The position numbers and the translations under genes were made by a program. Of a stretch of DNA of 64,000 nt, positions 7,953-17,657 are shown piece after piece. The stretch is from Patescibacteria group bacterium (GTDB lineage: Bacteria > Patescibacteriota > Patescibacteriia > UBA9934 > GWF2-40-263): assembly GCA_041661745.1 (NCBI GenBank), contig JBAZTR010000004.1, forward strand, positions 76,999-140,998. Reading direction: 5' to 3'. A model generated the notes under the pieces. That model was not told the DNA's origin. It was given only the letters and a program-made list of their open reading frames with translations, and searched no databases. Position 1 is the stretch's first letter. The number at the start of each line of letters is the position of its first letter.

Positions 7953-8378
7953 ATGCAAATCCTCTTTAAACGACTCTCCCCCGAGGTACCAGTCCCGGAA
8001 TACAAAACCGCCGGGGCTGTGGCTTTTGACCTAGCCGTGCCGCAAGGCGGAGTTATTCAACCTGGCGAAACCAAGTTCTTTCCGACCGGTTTGGTCATAA
8101 AAGTCCCGGAAGGCCATGTCCTTTTGGTTGCCCCGCGCTCTTCCAATGCCAAAAAACAGATCCGTATGGGCAACGGTATTGGCCTTATCGATCAGGACTA
8201 CTGCGGCCCGACCGATGAACTTAAACTTGCTCTACACAACTTTGGCCAAACTCCCTATACTGTGGAAAACGGCGAGCGTATTGCCCAAGCCATGATTGTG
8301 CCGGTTCTTAAGGGCGAATTTATCGAAGTGGACGAAATGGCAGCTCCTGACCGCGGTGGCTTCGGTTCTACCGGATAA
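7953..8378 (+). CDS. dut: dUTP diphosphatase (trimeric dUTPase)
   Basis: Motifs AGAVAFDL, RSSNAKK, GLIDQDYCG, and C-terminal RGGFGSTG. Start chosen at the Met of MQILFKRLSPEVP; the ORF-track 7839 start adds a non-conserved extension. Confidence 0.85.
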   Translation: MQILFKRLSPEVPVPEYKTAGAVAFDLAVPQGGVIQPGETKFFPTGLVIKVPEGHVLLVAPRSSNAKKQIRMGNGIGLIDQDYCGPTDELKLALHNFGQTPYTVENGERIAQAMIVPVLKGEFIEVDEMAAPDRGGFGSTG

Positions 8379-8398
8379 TTTGCTATAATATAAGCCGT

Positions 8399-9121
8399 AT
8401 GGCCGAAGGAAGTCGCGGTAAATTTATCATGATTGACGGCATTGCCGGTTCTGGCAAATCAACCATTTTGCGCGCCGCTAAAGAATGGGCCAAGGCTCGC
8501 GGGTTAAGAGTTTTTGACTTAACCGAATGGTCAAAAGACCACAAACAACCGCCGGCTTTTGCCGAAGTCGCTGATTACGACATTTATTTTACCTTTGAGC
8601 CAACCAGAACTTGGGTCGGCGATGCTATTCGTTTCGAATTATCGCGCGACGACAAGCCGTACACCGGCGAGGAGTTAGCTCACGCTTTTGCCCTTGATCG
8701 TTCTATCATGTACAAACGGCTGATTACACCGGCTTTGGAAAACGGCAAACACGTTATTCAAGATCGCGGGGTTTCTACTTCAATCGTCTATCAACCAGTA
8801 CAACCCAAATCCATTTCCCTGCGCCGACTGTTAAAACTTCCGGGTAATGCCGCGGCCACGGAATATGCCCCCGACTACATGATTCTTATCGATATTGATG
8901 TAAAAACAGCTATTACCAGAATTCAACAAAGGAGCGACGATTCCAAAGGAGTTTTCCAAGATCCGGTCTTCTTAAAAAAATTAGCTAAACGTTTTCGTTC
9001 GCGTTGGTTTAGTCGACTGTTTACCAAACACGGCGCCTCGGTTCACGCTTTCGATACGCGTGTACCTTTGGAGGTCGTGGTGGAAAAATTTAAATTATTA
9101 TTAGAACAATTATTAAAATAA
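8399..9121 (+). CDS. thymidylate kinase-family protein
   Basis: P-loop IMIDGIAGSGKST, a DRY-like IQDRGVSTSIVYQ motif, and a lid region. Confidence 0.6.
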   Translation: MAEGSRGKFIMIDGIAGSGKSTILRAAKEWAKARGLRVFDLTEWSKDHKQPPAFAEVADYDIYFTFEPTRTWVGDAIRFELSRDDKPYTGEELAHAFALDRSIMYKRLITPALENGKHVIQDRGVSTSIVYQPVQPKSISLRRLLKLPGNAAATEYAPDYMILIDIDVKTAITRIQQRSDDSKGVFQDPVFLKKLAKRFRSRWFSRLFTKHGASVHAFDTRVPLEVVVEKFKLLLEQLLK

Positions 9122-9124
9122 ATT

Positions 9125-10000
9125 ATGCAACTAATTTCCGTCGGTCAACTAATTGACCAAACTTGGGATCATTATCGGGCAAATTGGCGCGAACTTTTGA
9201 GCGTTTCGGCCTGGGTTCTTGTACCAACCATTATTGCTATGGTCACCATGGCCATGTATCCCAACGCCACCACCATGCTTGCGGCCAACGATTTTTCGGC
9301 CATGGAAACGGGAGCCGTAGTTGTGTGGTTTTTAAACAACACCCTTCTTGCGCCGATTGTTGGGTTGTGGGTATTTTTAATGATTGTAAAATTGATTCAT
9401 TCTCAAATGGAACGCCGTAGTTTTAATTTTCTTTCTTTAGCCAAAAATGGCTGGAAACTTTTTCTGCCAGTTCTTCTCGTTAACATTTTGATTTTTTTGA
9501 TCTTAGCGGCTTTGTGGCTGACAGTTGTTCCTGGGGTGTTTTTCTACATTATCGGTGCCCTAACAAATATTTCGTTCTTTGATGGACTCGGCGCCGTCTT
9601 ATTGGCGGCCGGAATAATCGCCGCTTTTGTCCTTATGGTGGAGTGGCTGGTTTATTTTATTTACGCGCCAATGTCCTTGGTTATTGAAAATATACATGGA
9701 AGAAAGGCCCTTGATCGTTCCAAAAATTTAATTCATGGTCGTTTTTGGTCGGTTCTGGTCAGATTTATCGTACCAAAATTGGTTTTCATTTTAATTTTAA
9801 TCGCGGCCGAGTGGTTAATTGGTGTTGTTATTGGTTTAACGGCCGCGTCGGTTTCCGGCTTTAATACTGATTTGGCGGCAAAATTATCAACTATCTCCAT
9901 TACCTTCTCGGTTGCTCTTGGTATGGTGTTTATCAATCCGCTTTATATAATTTCCGATTATTTACTCTTTAATAATCTCCGAGCTACAGAAAAAAATTAA
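9125..10000 (+). CDS. polytopic membrane protein (tandem paralogue 1)
   Basis: At least six hydrophobic helices. Architecture and N-terminal motif (LI.QTW..Y...W) are shared with the next ORF. Confidence 0.45.
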   Translation: MQLISVGQLIDQTWDHYRANWRELLSVSAWVLVPTIIAMVTMAMYPNATTMLAANDFSAMETGAVVVWFLNNTLLAPIVGLWVFLMIVKLIHSQMERRSFNFLSLAKNGWKLFLPVLLVNILIFLILAALWLTVVPGVFFYIIGALTNISFFDGLGAVLLAAGIIAAFVLMVEWLVYFIYAPMSLVIENIHGRKALDRSKNLIHGRFWSVLVRFIVPKLVFILILIAAEWLIGVVIGLTAASVSGFNTDLAAKLSTISITFSVALGMVFINPLYIISDYLLFNNLRATEKN

Positions 10001-10005
10001 ATAAT

Positions 10006-10770
10006 ATGAAACCGGTCACTGAACTAATCGGGCAAACCTGTAAACTTTACAAAAAACATCTCGGGCTTCTGGCTGGCTATACCGCTTGGTTGCTTTTACC
10101 TTACGCGGCCACGGTTTTAGTTTCTCTTCCCACCTCTAATGTATTTTCTGAAGTGTTCTCTTTCTTTTTTATCTTGATTCAGGGAATCTTAGCTTTGTGG
10201 TTGGGAACTTTAATTCCTTCATTGGTTAGAGAATTGGTTAATAACAAAACAAAAATTCCGATCACTGATTTACAAAGTCGCGCCTGGCACTTGGTTCCCT
10301 CGGTTGTTTTTGTCGCCATCTTGGAATCCGCCGTGGTGCTTGGTGGATTTATCATGCTTATCATCCCGGCCTTTATTTTTTGGGTCTGGTTTGCCATGGC
10401 TCAATTGGCCGTAATCTTGGATAATAAAAAAGGCATGGAGGCCATGGCCTGGAGCCGCGAAATATCCCGAAATAAATTTTGGTCCTTAGCTTGGCGACTG
10501 ATCGCGGGGCCATTTGTCTTTCTATTTGTCACTGCTTTAACCACCGGCCTGATAATTACTATCATGGCTGTAATCCTTGGAACTTCAGCCGAAGTTATTT
10601 TAGGTCTAACCCCACCACTCTGGGCCGAACTAATCTCCAATGTAATTGAAACTTTCTCCTTGCCGTTCTTCCTGATTTATTACACTTTACTTTATCTCGA
10701 TTTATCCAAGCCAGCCCCTTCCACCCCTTCGTCCCCCACGCCCTCCGAAGCCTCGGCGAAGGAGGGTTAA
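10006..10770 (+). CDS. polytopic membrane protein (tandem paralogue 2)
   Basis: Same architecture as 9125..10000; Pro/Ser-rich C-terminal tail. Confidence 0.45.
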   Translation: MKPVTELIGQTCKLYKKHLGLLAGYTAWLLLPYAATVLVSLPTSNVFSEVFSFFFILIQGILALWLGTLIPSLVRELVNNKTKIPITDLQSRAWHLVPSVVFVAILESAVVLGGFIMLIIPAFIFWVWFAMAQLAVILDNKKGMEAMAWSREISRNKFWSLAWRLIAGPFVFLFVTALTTGLIITIMAVILGTSAEVILGLTPPLWAELISNVIETFSLPFFLIYYTLLYLDLSKPAPSTPSSPTPSEASAKEG

Positions 10771-10786
10771 GCCCCTTCCACCCCTT

Positions 10787-12340
10787 ATGAAACTCTTAGA
10801 ACCAGTCATTGGATTAGAAATTCACGTTCAGCTTAAAACCAAAAGTAAAATGTTCTGCGCTTGCCCGAATGAAGAGGCTACTGCCCCGCCATGCACCGGA
10901 CGGTGCATGGCCCCGAATGTTTTTATTTGCCCGGTTTGCACTGGCCAGCCTGGTGTTCTCCCCGTACCCAATGAGCAAGCCGTTCGTTTTGCCATTCTTA
11001 CTGGCCAGGCTTTAAATTGTCACATTAACCCCTCAACCAAGTTCGATCGCAAACATTATTTTTATCCTGATTTACCAAAAGGTTACCAGATCTCCCAGTT
11101 TGATGTCCCGATTGCCGAACAAGGTTTTTTAGACATCATTACCCCAGGCAGCGCGCGCGAGGCGGCTCGAATTGGCATTACCCGGGTTCATTTGGAGGAA
11201 GACGCGGCTAAATCACTCCATGGCACCGAAGGCAAAACCTACGTTGATTTTAACCGAGCCGGTACCCCGCTGGTAGAGATTGTAACTGAGCCTGATTTAC
11301 GCTCGGCCCGTGAAGCAAAAACCTTGTTACAAGAACTTCGTCTTATTGCCCGCACTCTTGGTATCTCCAACGCTGACATGGAAAAAGGCGAACTGCGTTG
11401 CGATGTCAACGTCTCGCTGCGCGAGATTGATAAAAGCGGCGCTGTTGTTGGCCTCATGTTTCACCCCAAAACCGAAGTTAAAAATATAAATTCGTTCAAA
11501 GCAGTTGAGCGGGCTATTGAGCACGAAATTCAACGTCAAACAAAATTGTGGGAAACCCTTTCCCCGCCGTCAGTCTCTTCGACCCGCGGCTGGAACGATG
11601 CTAAGCAAATAACCGAAGACCAGCGCACCAAAGAAGGCTCGGAAGATTATCGCTACTTCCCCGAACCCGATATTCCACCCATGGATCTTTCTGGTTTGAT
11701 TGATGAAATCAAAGCAACCATACCCGAGCTACCGGCCGCCAAACGTCGCCGTTTTGTTGAGGAATACGAACTTGGCTTTGAAGAAGCTAAATTAATTTGC
11801 GAGGATCCGGACTTGGCCGATTTTGCCGAAGAAATGTTATCCGAGGTTTTCTCGTGGATGGATTCCCTGCCAGAGTGGGACGGCGTTGATGAAGAAACTT
11901 TGAAAAAAGAAAAACATCGCTTGTCACGTCTGGCCGCCGGTTGGCTTATTTCTAAACTCGGCGGGCTTATGGCTGAACAAGGTTTAACCATTCATGAACA
12001 AAAAATAAATCCGGAAAATTTTGCCGAATTTATTACTATGGTCGCCAAAGGTCGCGTTTCCACAGCTAATGGCTTATCGCTTCTTAAAAAAATGATGGAA
12101 ACCGGAGCTGACCCCGAACACATCATTGAGGAACACAATTTAAATTTAATGTCAGACGAAGACGAGCTCGGAGCGGCCATTGATAAAATTATGGCTGATA
12201 ACCCTGACGAAGCTAAACGTTTTAAAGCCGGTGAAGAAAAACTTATAAAATTTTTCTTGGGCCAACTTATGCGCACCACCGGCGGCAAGGCTGATCCAAA
12301 TGTGGCCAAACAGTTACTAGAGGAACGCTTGCACAATTAA
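10787..12340 (+). CDS. gatB: Asp/Glu-tRNA(Asn/Gln) amidotransferase subunit B
   Basis: PVIGLEIHVQLKTKSKMFCACPNE, CPVCTGQPGVLPV, and the C-terminal GatB/YqeY domain. Confidence 0.9.
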   Translation: MKLLEPVIGLEIHVQLKTKSKMFCACPNEEATAPPCTGRCMAPNVFICPVCTGQPGVLPVPNEQAVRFAILTGQALNCHINPSTKFDRKHYFYPDLPKGYQISQFDVPIAEQGFLDIITPGSAREAARIGITRVHLEEDAAKSLHGTEGKTYVDFNRAGTPLVEIVTEPDLRSAREAKTLLQELRLIARTLGISNADMEKGELRCDVNVSLREIDKSGAVVGLMFHPKTEVKNINSFKAVERAIEHEIQRQTKLWETLSPPSVSSTRGWNDAKQITEDQRTKEGSEDYRYFPEPDIPPMDLSGLIDEIKATIPELPAAKRRRFVEEYELGFEEAKLICEDPDLADFAEEMLSEVFSWMDSLPEWDGVDEETLKKEKHRLSRLAAGWLISKLGGLMAEQGLTIHEQKINPENFAEFITMVAKGRVSTANGLSLLKKMMETGADPEHIIEEHNLNLMSDEDELGAAIDKIMADNPDEAKRFKAGEEKLIKFFLGQLMRTTGGKADPNVAKQLLEERLHN

Positions 12341-13210
12341 TTCCGTTTCCGAAACATCCGTAATTGAACGGATGTTTTTGTTTCGTTTAAACCAGGTTCG
12401 TTGGCGCTTGGCGTATTGTCGGGTGTTCTTTTTTATTTCCTCAATAGCCTCAGCTAAGGATATTTCTCCGTTTAAGTGGCGACAAATTTCTTGATAACCA
12501 ATGCCGGACATGGCGTAAACCTCACAGCCATATTTTTCTTTTAATTGTTTAACTTCTTTAAGCAAACCTTGCTTAATCATTTCATCAACCCGAACATTAA
12601 TCCGTTCGTCCAAAACTTCTTTTGGTACATCAAGACCGAGCCACAAAGCGTCGTATTTCCCCTCCCCCTTCTTTCGAAGTTCGGAAAACGGCCGGCCGGT
12701 CTTTTTGCAAACCTCCAGGGCGCGCACCAGACGACGTTTATTATGGCGATCAATAACCTCGGCTCCGACAGGATCAAGTTTTTCAAATTCAGCAAACAAA
12801 TCTTCTTCACTTTGCTTCTCCAACTCAGCACGAAGCGTTAAATCAGGCTCAACCTCCGGCATTTCAAGGTTATCGACAATCATATCCATCCACAAACCAG
12901 TCCCGCCGACTAAAATCGGCAAATGGCCGCGGGATAGAATTTCGGTTATGGTTTTATCGGCATAATCTTTAAATAGGGCTCCGTTCATTTCTTGGTTAGG
13001 ACCAACTAAATCCAGGCCATGAAGCCTTAATGCCTTAACGTCCCCAACCAAATCCCCCGAGTCCTTTGCCGTCCCAATATCCATACCCCGATAAACCGTT
13101 CTTGAATCAACACACAAAATCTCACCATTGAATTTTTCAGCAATAGCTTCAGCTAGGCCGGATTTACCCGACGCCGTCGGCCCAACAATGATGATGATTT
13201 TTGGTTTCAT
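12317..13210 (-). CDS. miaA: tRNA dimethylallyltransferase
   Basis: IIIVGPTASGKSGLA...VDSRTVYRGMDIGTAK is the canonical MiaA signature. 3' end overlaps gatB by 24 nt (convergent). Confidence 0.9.
   Translation of the reverse strand: MKPKIIIIVGPTASGKSGLAEAIAEKFNGEILCVDSRTVYRGMDIGTAKDSGDLVGDVKALRLHGLDLVGPNQEMNGALFKDYADKTITEILSRGHLPILVGGTGLWMDMIVDNLEMPEVEPDLTLRAELEKQSEEDLFAEFEKLDPVGAEVIDRHNKRRLVRALEVCKKTGRPFSELRKKGEGKYDALWLGLDVPKEVLDERINVRVDEMIKQGLLKEVKQLKEKYGCEVYAMSGIGYQEICRHLNGEISLAEAIEEIKKNTRQYAKRQRTWFKRNKNIRSITDVSETELIVQAFL
12350..12380 (+). terminator. gatB terminator embedded in the 3' coding region of the convergent miaA
   Basis: aaacatccgtaattgaacggatgttt followed by TTGTTTCG. Confidence 0.5.
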
Positions 13211-13225
13211 ATCTTTTATATACTA

Positions 13226-13249
13226 CCTCCTACAAGCTACAAGCTACAA
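13226..13249. repeat. short tandem repeat (ctacaag)x3
   Basis: ctacaagctacaagctacaag, directly visible. Confidence 0.6.
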
Positions 13250-13275
13250 GCTAATTAAAAAAGCCACCCAGAGTA

Positions 13276-13815
13276 TCAATGAGTGGCAACGGAGGTGCCT
13301 CCGACGAGGCGTAGGGTCGTGGGCGGCGAGAACGAGACCAGGGGAGATGATTCCCCTCCTTCGCCGTCGAGTCTTCGAAGCCCGAGTGGCCCTCCGTAGT
13401 AGGCCAACAGGGCGGCCATGGCCACCTCGATGCGCTCGACGTGGAAAGCAGCCGACCGGATGTAGCCGACGTCGCTCAGCGAGTCATCGCTGTCCAACCA
13501 GGCCAAGACCCTCTCCTTGGCGTTGCGAAGGAAGACCTTGGCGAACGGGCCACACTTCCAGGTGGACCACTTGATGAACTCCTGGGCTCGTACATGTCGC
13601 CCGGAAGCCGCGCCACGCCCGTCGAAGAGGCGGACGAGTTCCTTTTCGACCTCGATCAGCCCAGCTTCGCTCCATCCGTGACAAGCGAGGTCGCCCAGCG
13701 TCTCCACCAGGATCACCACCTCGTTGGTGGTGAACAAGCCCTCGAGGGCTCCGTCGAGTGCCCGGTTGAAGAAGTCAGCCAGGCAGTCCTGTGCTTCAAG
13801 AGTGTTTTCGTCCAT
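13276..13815 (-). CDS. hypothetical protein on a GC-rich islet
   Basis: Start at MDENTLEAQ, preceded by a GGAGAG RBS and a 5'UTR hairpin gtcggggagatcccgac. Codons are dominated by G/C third positions, unlike the flanking genes. The ORF-track N-terminal extension was rejected. Confidence 0.4.
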   Translation of the reverse strand: MDENTLEAQDCLADFFNRALDGALEGLFTTNEVVILVETLGDLACHGWSEAGLIEVEKELVRLFDGRGAASGRHVRAQEFIKWSTWKCGPFAKVFLRNAKERVLAWLDSDDSLSDVGYIRSAAFHVERIEVAMAALLAYYGGPLGLRRLDGEGGESSPLVSFSPPTTLRLVGGTSVATH

Positions 13816-13950
13816 TTTCTGTCTCTCCTGGCTGTCGGGGAGATCCCGACAATTGACCCTATAGCATTTTGGCTCTGTTGTCAATGGTTTTGACTTTCTT
13901 TTAAAAAAATGATAAAATAATATCAATCAATTAAACTTTAACTCAAAAAT

Positions 13951-15060
13951 ATGTCTAAGCCACAAGAAATGCCTAGTTTTCAGGAGGACAACGAAATCGC
14001 CCCTCAGGGGGGCCCGGTGGGTAAAAAATTGCGTCCCAAACTAAAGCTGGTTGGGGGCCAACGATCGGAAACTGCTAACGAGGCCCTTAAACTGATTGAC
14101 GTCAACCAATCAATCGATGCTTTAACAGGCAATATTGCTAAAATCGAAGAGGAAATCACCGATGTTTTAGCCGAACTTCCAGACATAAACACAAAGGATG
14201 CCATGGAAAACAGACTCCGTCTGCTTAATGAAGATCTAGAAGATGAAAAACGAGAATTGGCCAAATGGCAGGAAAAAAAGAAAAAAATCGACGGCATGAT
14301 CGAAGCTGAAGCGGCTAAAAAGAAAGCCGAAGCCGAGGCAGTCGCCAGAGGTATGGCCGAACAAATGAAAAAAGAGACGGAAAGATTATACTCACAGCCA
14401 GAAAGCATACCCGAAGATCAACTTGCCGGAACTTGGGTTAAACAAGATGAACAGCCAGTTGCTCCTGTTGAAGTGCCAAAACGATCATGGATCCCTGCTT
14501 CGGTTCGTAAATGGGGTAGAAGGCTTCTTCTTGGTCTAGGTTTACTTGGAGCTGGAAAAGCAGCAGAACCAACCTTAAGCGATTTAAACCAGTCTGTTAA
14601 TGAAACTTTCGAACAATACCAAGCTGGGGTTGAAAGCTTTGCCGAAACTATGGCAGACCCTATTGGAGCTCAGGAGAGATGGGACCAGGCAAGAGCTGCG
14701 GAAAGAGCCACAGCAAGCCCTGAATCTTCTACAAAACGTATAGTTGGTGAAGAAATGGTAATAACTGGCGATGTCCCGGCCCGTGTCCAAGAAATGGAAC
14801 AACAAAGCCGACATATAGAAAGCATCAAAGGTCTGCCGAACAATTACAACGGAACCGATTTCCTAAACGACCAAGAAACTTTTCAGCACTTTAAAAATTA
14901 CGGTGCGGGCGAACATGTAACTTCAAAAGTTGCTCTTGAGGCGTTTGGAAGAATGATTCAATTCAATAAGGAAAAGGCCAAGGAAGCAGCCGAACAAAAA
15001 GTGACTGACAAAAAAGTTGTAGACAAATTAATGAAAAATTTTGACGAAGTATTAAAGTAA
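13951..15060 (+). CDS. hypothetical coiled-coil protein
   Basis: 369-aa ORF, Glu/Lys/Ala-rich with heptad-like segments; one internal hydrophobic stretch (LLLGLGLLGAG). Confidence 0.45.
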   Translation: MSKPQEMPSFQEDNEIAPQGGPVGKKLRPKLKLVGGQRSETANEALKLIDVNQSIDALTGNIAKIEEEITDVLAELPDINTKDAMENRLRLLNEDLEDEKRELAKWQEKKKKIDGMIEAEAAKKKAEAEAVARGMAEQMKKETERLYSQPESIPEDQLAGTWVKQDEQPVAPVEVPKRSWIPASVRKWGRRLLLGLGLLGAGKAAEPTLSDLNQSVNETFEQYQAGVESFAETMADPIGAQERWDQARAAERATASPESSTKRIVGEEMVITGDVPARVQEMEQQSRHIESIKGLPNNYNGTDFLNDQETFQHFKNYGAGEHVTSKVALEAFGRMIQFNKEKAKEAAEQKVTDKKVVDKLMKNFDEVLK

Positions 15061-15074
15061 CAAAAAACAAAAAA

Positions 15075-15106
15075 ATCGCTCATCGAAAGACGAGTGATTT
15101 TTTGTT
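15075..15106. terminator. bidirectional terminator between convergent genes
   Basis: atcgctcatcgaaagacgagtgat hairpin with A-run upstream and T-run downstream. Confidence 0.55.
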
Positions 15107-15107
15107 T

Positions 15108-16427
15108 CTATTTTTTCTTTCCAAACAACACCCAAACATCAGCTCGTTCAACTTCCATGTTCACAATCTTCCCTATCAAGTCCGGGGTGCCGGGAAAACT
15201 AGCCAGTTTCATTTCGTTGGTGTTTCCCCAACACACGCCGTCTTCGCAACGATCAACCAAAACACTGACAATCTGTCCCTGGTACTTTTGATTCTTTCGC
15301 ATGGTGGTTTCCACCATCAAGTCCTGAACTTTACGCCAGCGTCGTCTTTTTTCCTCCTTTGAAACATCGTCTTTAAAAACCTTGGCCGCTAAAGTTCCCG
15401 AACGCGTCGAATAGCGAGCATGGTAGCTGATATCAAAATCACACTGGCGAAAAAGGTCGACCGTGTGTTCAAATTGTTCTTCGGTCTCGCCACAGAAGCC
15501 AACAATTAAATCGGTTCCTAAAGCAATGCCCGGCCGTTTGGCTTTTATTTTTTCAACAATTTCCAAATACTGCTCGCGGGTATGGCGGCGATTCATGCGA
15601 CGAAGAATTTCGTTGTCGCCCGACTGGGCTGGCAGGTGCAGATAGTTTACTTGAAGTGGCAAATTTAAAGCATCAATAACTTCGTCGGTCATGTGGTTGG
15701 GGTAAGCCGCAGTATAGTGGAGACGCTTCAGGCCGGGAATTTGGTTTATCTCCCAAAGTAAGGCGGCAAAATGATCGTGATATGGATTATTTTTAGAAAA
15801 ACTTTCCGGATCAGTGGCAATATAATTGTTAACCGCTTGGCCGAGCAAAGTTACTTCAAGACAGCCATTGGCCGCCAAACCTTTAATCTCAGTCAAAATA
15901 TCTTTAACCGACCGACAGGCTTCCCTGCCCCTAGCATAAGGAACAACACAGTATGAACAAAATTTGTTGCAGCCGGTTTGAATCGTCACGTAAGCTTTGT
16001 ACTTAACATGATAGTTGGGATTAATTGTGAGATAATCTTGAACACAAGAATTGTTTAAAGAAATATCCGGCCATTTTTCGGCAATCATAACCGGCAAGTG
16101 TGTCATGTCGTGTGCTGGAAAGAAAAGATCAACAAACGAAGACAAACGTTTTTTTATTTTTCCATCAGTATCACGACCAGCCATGCAACCGGTGACACCA
16201 ATAAGAAGTCGTGAATTTTTCTTTTTTAATTTATTTAAATTTCTGGCTAAACCATAAACCCTGTCTTCGGCCGATTGGCGCACCGAGCAGGTGGTAATAA
16301 GAATTATGTCGGCTTCTTCCTTTTTTTCCGTTGGCAAAAAACCCATTCCTTGCAGGATGGTTTCCATACGCTCGGCATCGGATTGGTTCATTTGGCACCC
16401 AAAAGTAATCAGGTGATATTTATTCAT
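15108..16427 (-). CDS. miaB: tRNA-2-methylthio-N6-dimethylallyladenosine synthase (radical-SAM methylthiotransferase)
   Basis: MNKYHLITFGCQMNQSD (MTTase N-domain), the CSYC radical-SAM cysteine motif, and a TRAM-like C-terminus. Start placed at MNKYHL rather than the extended ORF. Confidence 0.85.
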   Translation of the reverse strand: MNKYHLITFGCQMNQSDAERMETILQGMGFLPTEKKEEADIILITTCSVRQSAEDRVYGLARNLNKLKKKNSRLLIGVTGCMAGRDTDGKIKKRLSSFVDLFFPAHDMTHLPVMIAEKWPDISLNNSCVQDYLTINPNYHVKYKAYVTIQTGCNKFCSYCVVPYARGREACRSVKDILTEIKGLAANGCLEVTLLGQAVNNYIATDPESFSKNNPYHDHFAALLWEINQIPGLKRLHYTAAYPNHMTDEVIDALNLPLQVNYLHLPAQSGDNEILRRMNRRHTREQYLEIVEKIKAKRPGIALGTDLIVGFCGETEEQFEHTVDLFRQCDFDISYHARYSTRSGTLAAKVFKDDVSKEEKRRRWRKVQDLMVETTMRKNQKYQGQIVSVLVDRCEDGVCWGNTNEMKLASFPGTPDLIGKIVNMEVERADVWVLFGKKK

Positions 16428-17655
16428 AACGAAGAGCCTCAATCGGATCAAGGCGAGCGGCTCGGCGAGCCGGATAGATACCAAAGGCAATACCAACCGC
16501 CGTCGAAACAATCACTGCTAAAATAATCGAAGAAGGCGAAACAACAAAAACCCAACCATCTAATTGGGTATTGGCGATAAGATAAGCCAGGTAAGATAAA
16601 GTGACTCCGGAAATTACTCCGACAATTCCACCGGTCATGGTTAGCATAACCGATTCCAGCAAAAACTGTCGCAAAATTTCACTATAAGTCGCGCCAATGG
16701 CTTTACGCAAACCAATTTCTTTAGTCCGCTCGGTCACCGAAACCAACATAATATTCATAATACCGATACCGCCAACCAAAAGTGAAATGGCCGCGATTGA
16801 TGAAAGCAACAAAGCCAAAACGGCACTGACTGTGCCAACAATCGCCACCGCGTCTTCTTGAGACGAAATAAAGAAATCATCCTTACTTAAATCACCTTCG
16901 GGATTATCAAGATTGTGTTCATCCCTCAACAAAAAACGAATGTCCTCTTTGGCCCAATCAAGTGGTTGATCGGTTTTGGCCGCAATAAAATTCACGTATT
17001 CAACCCCCAAAACCTTTTTTTGCAAGGTAGTAATCGGAACATAAGACATGGCATCGAGATTTTGAAAAAATTTTGTTCCCTGAACTTCCAAAACCCCAAT
17101 CACTTCAAGTTTGATTGAACCGATCTTTATTTTTTGGCCGAGCGGATCTTGATCGCCAAACAGATCTTCTTTTAATTGACTGCCGAGAACGGCAACTTGT
17201 GATAAGGAATCAATGTCGTTTTTGGTAATAAAACGACCGGTTTCAACATCGGCGGGAAAAAGCAATTTGTTTTCAGGGGTCGTGCCAACAACTTGAGCCC
17301 GCTTTTCCTCGCCCTGCCATTCGATAACATGATTAGAAAACAACATCGGGGCAACCTCGACAATGCTAGACAAATCTTTTATTGCCTCGACATCGTCCAT
17401 GGTTAGAGTTTTTGGTGCCGTCATCTCGGCCGAAGCTTGTTCTTCCATATCCCCGCTGCCCGGTTCAATATAAATAATATCTGAACCGAATTCGGCCACC
17501 TGTGACAAAATCAAACCCTCGGCACCCTTACCGATAGACAACATTAAAATAACCGCGCCAATACCAATAATGATTCCCAGCATGGTCAAAGCCGAGCGTG
17601 AACGCTTGCGACGCAAACTCATGAAAGAAGTTTTGATTAAATCTTGCGGCAGCAT
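16420..17655 (-). CDS. ABC transporter permease, MacB/FtsX family
   Basis: N-terminal TM, large periplasmic domain, and three C-terminal TM helices with the FtsX-like motif (IGIMNIMLVSVTERTKEIGLRKAIGA). Confidence 0.8.
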   Translation of the reverse strand: MLPQDLIKTSFMSLRRKRSRSALTMLGIIIGIGAVILMLSIGKGAEGLILSQVAEFGSDIIYIEPGSGDMEEQASAEMTAPKTLTMDDVEAIKDLSSIVEVAPMLFSNHVIEWQGEEKRAQVVGTTPENKLLFPADVETGRFITKNDIDSLSQVAVLGSQLKEDLFGDQDPLGQKIKIGSIKLEVIGVLEVQGTKFFQNLDAMSYVPITTLQKKVLGVEYVNFIAAKTDQPLDWAKEDIRFLLRDEHNLDNPEGDLSKDDFFISSQEDAVAIVGTVSAVLALLLSSIAAISLLVGGIGIMNIMLVSVTERTKEIGLRKAIGATYSEILRQFLLESVMLTMTGGIVGVISGVTLSYLAYLIANTQLDGWVFVVSPSSIILAVIVSTAVGIAFGIYPARRAARLDPIEALRYE

Positions 17656-17657
17656 AA

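Noticed and set aside
7461-8034. ORFs 7461..7772 and 7654..8034 on the plus strand
   Set aside because: They run straight through the strong intrinsic terminator at 7656..7709 and the AT-rich dut promoter region. No RBS; spurious.
9163-9420. His/Cys-rich 85-aa ORF (HHGHVSQRHHHACGQRFFGHGNG...)
   Set aside because: Lies in an alternative frame entirely inside the well-supported membrane-protein gene 9125..10000; composition artefact.
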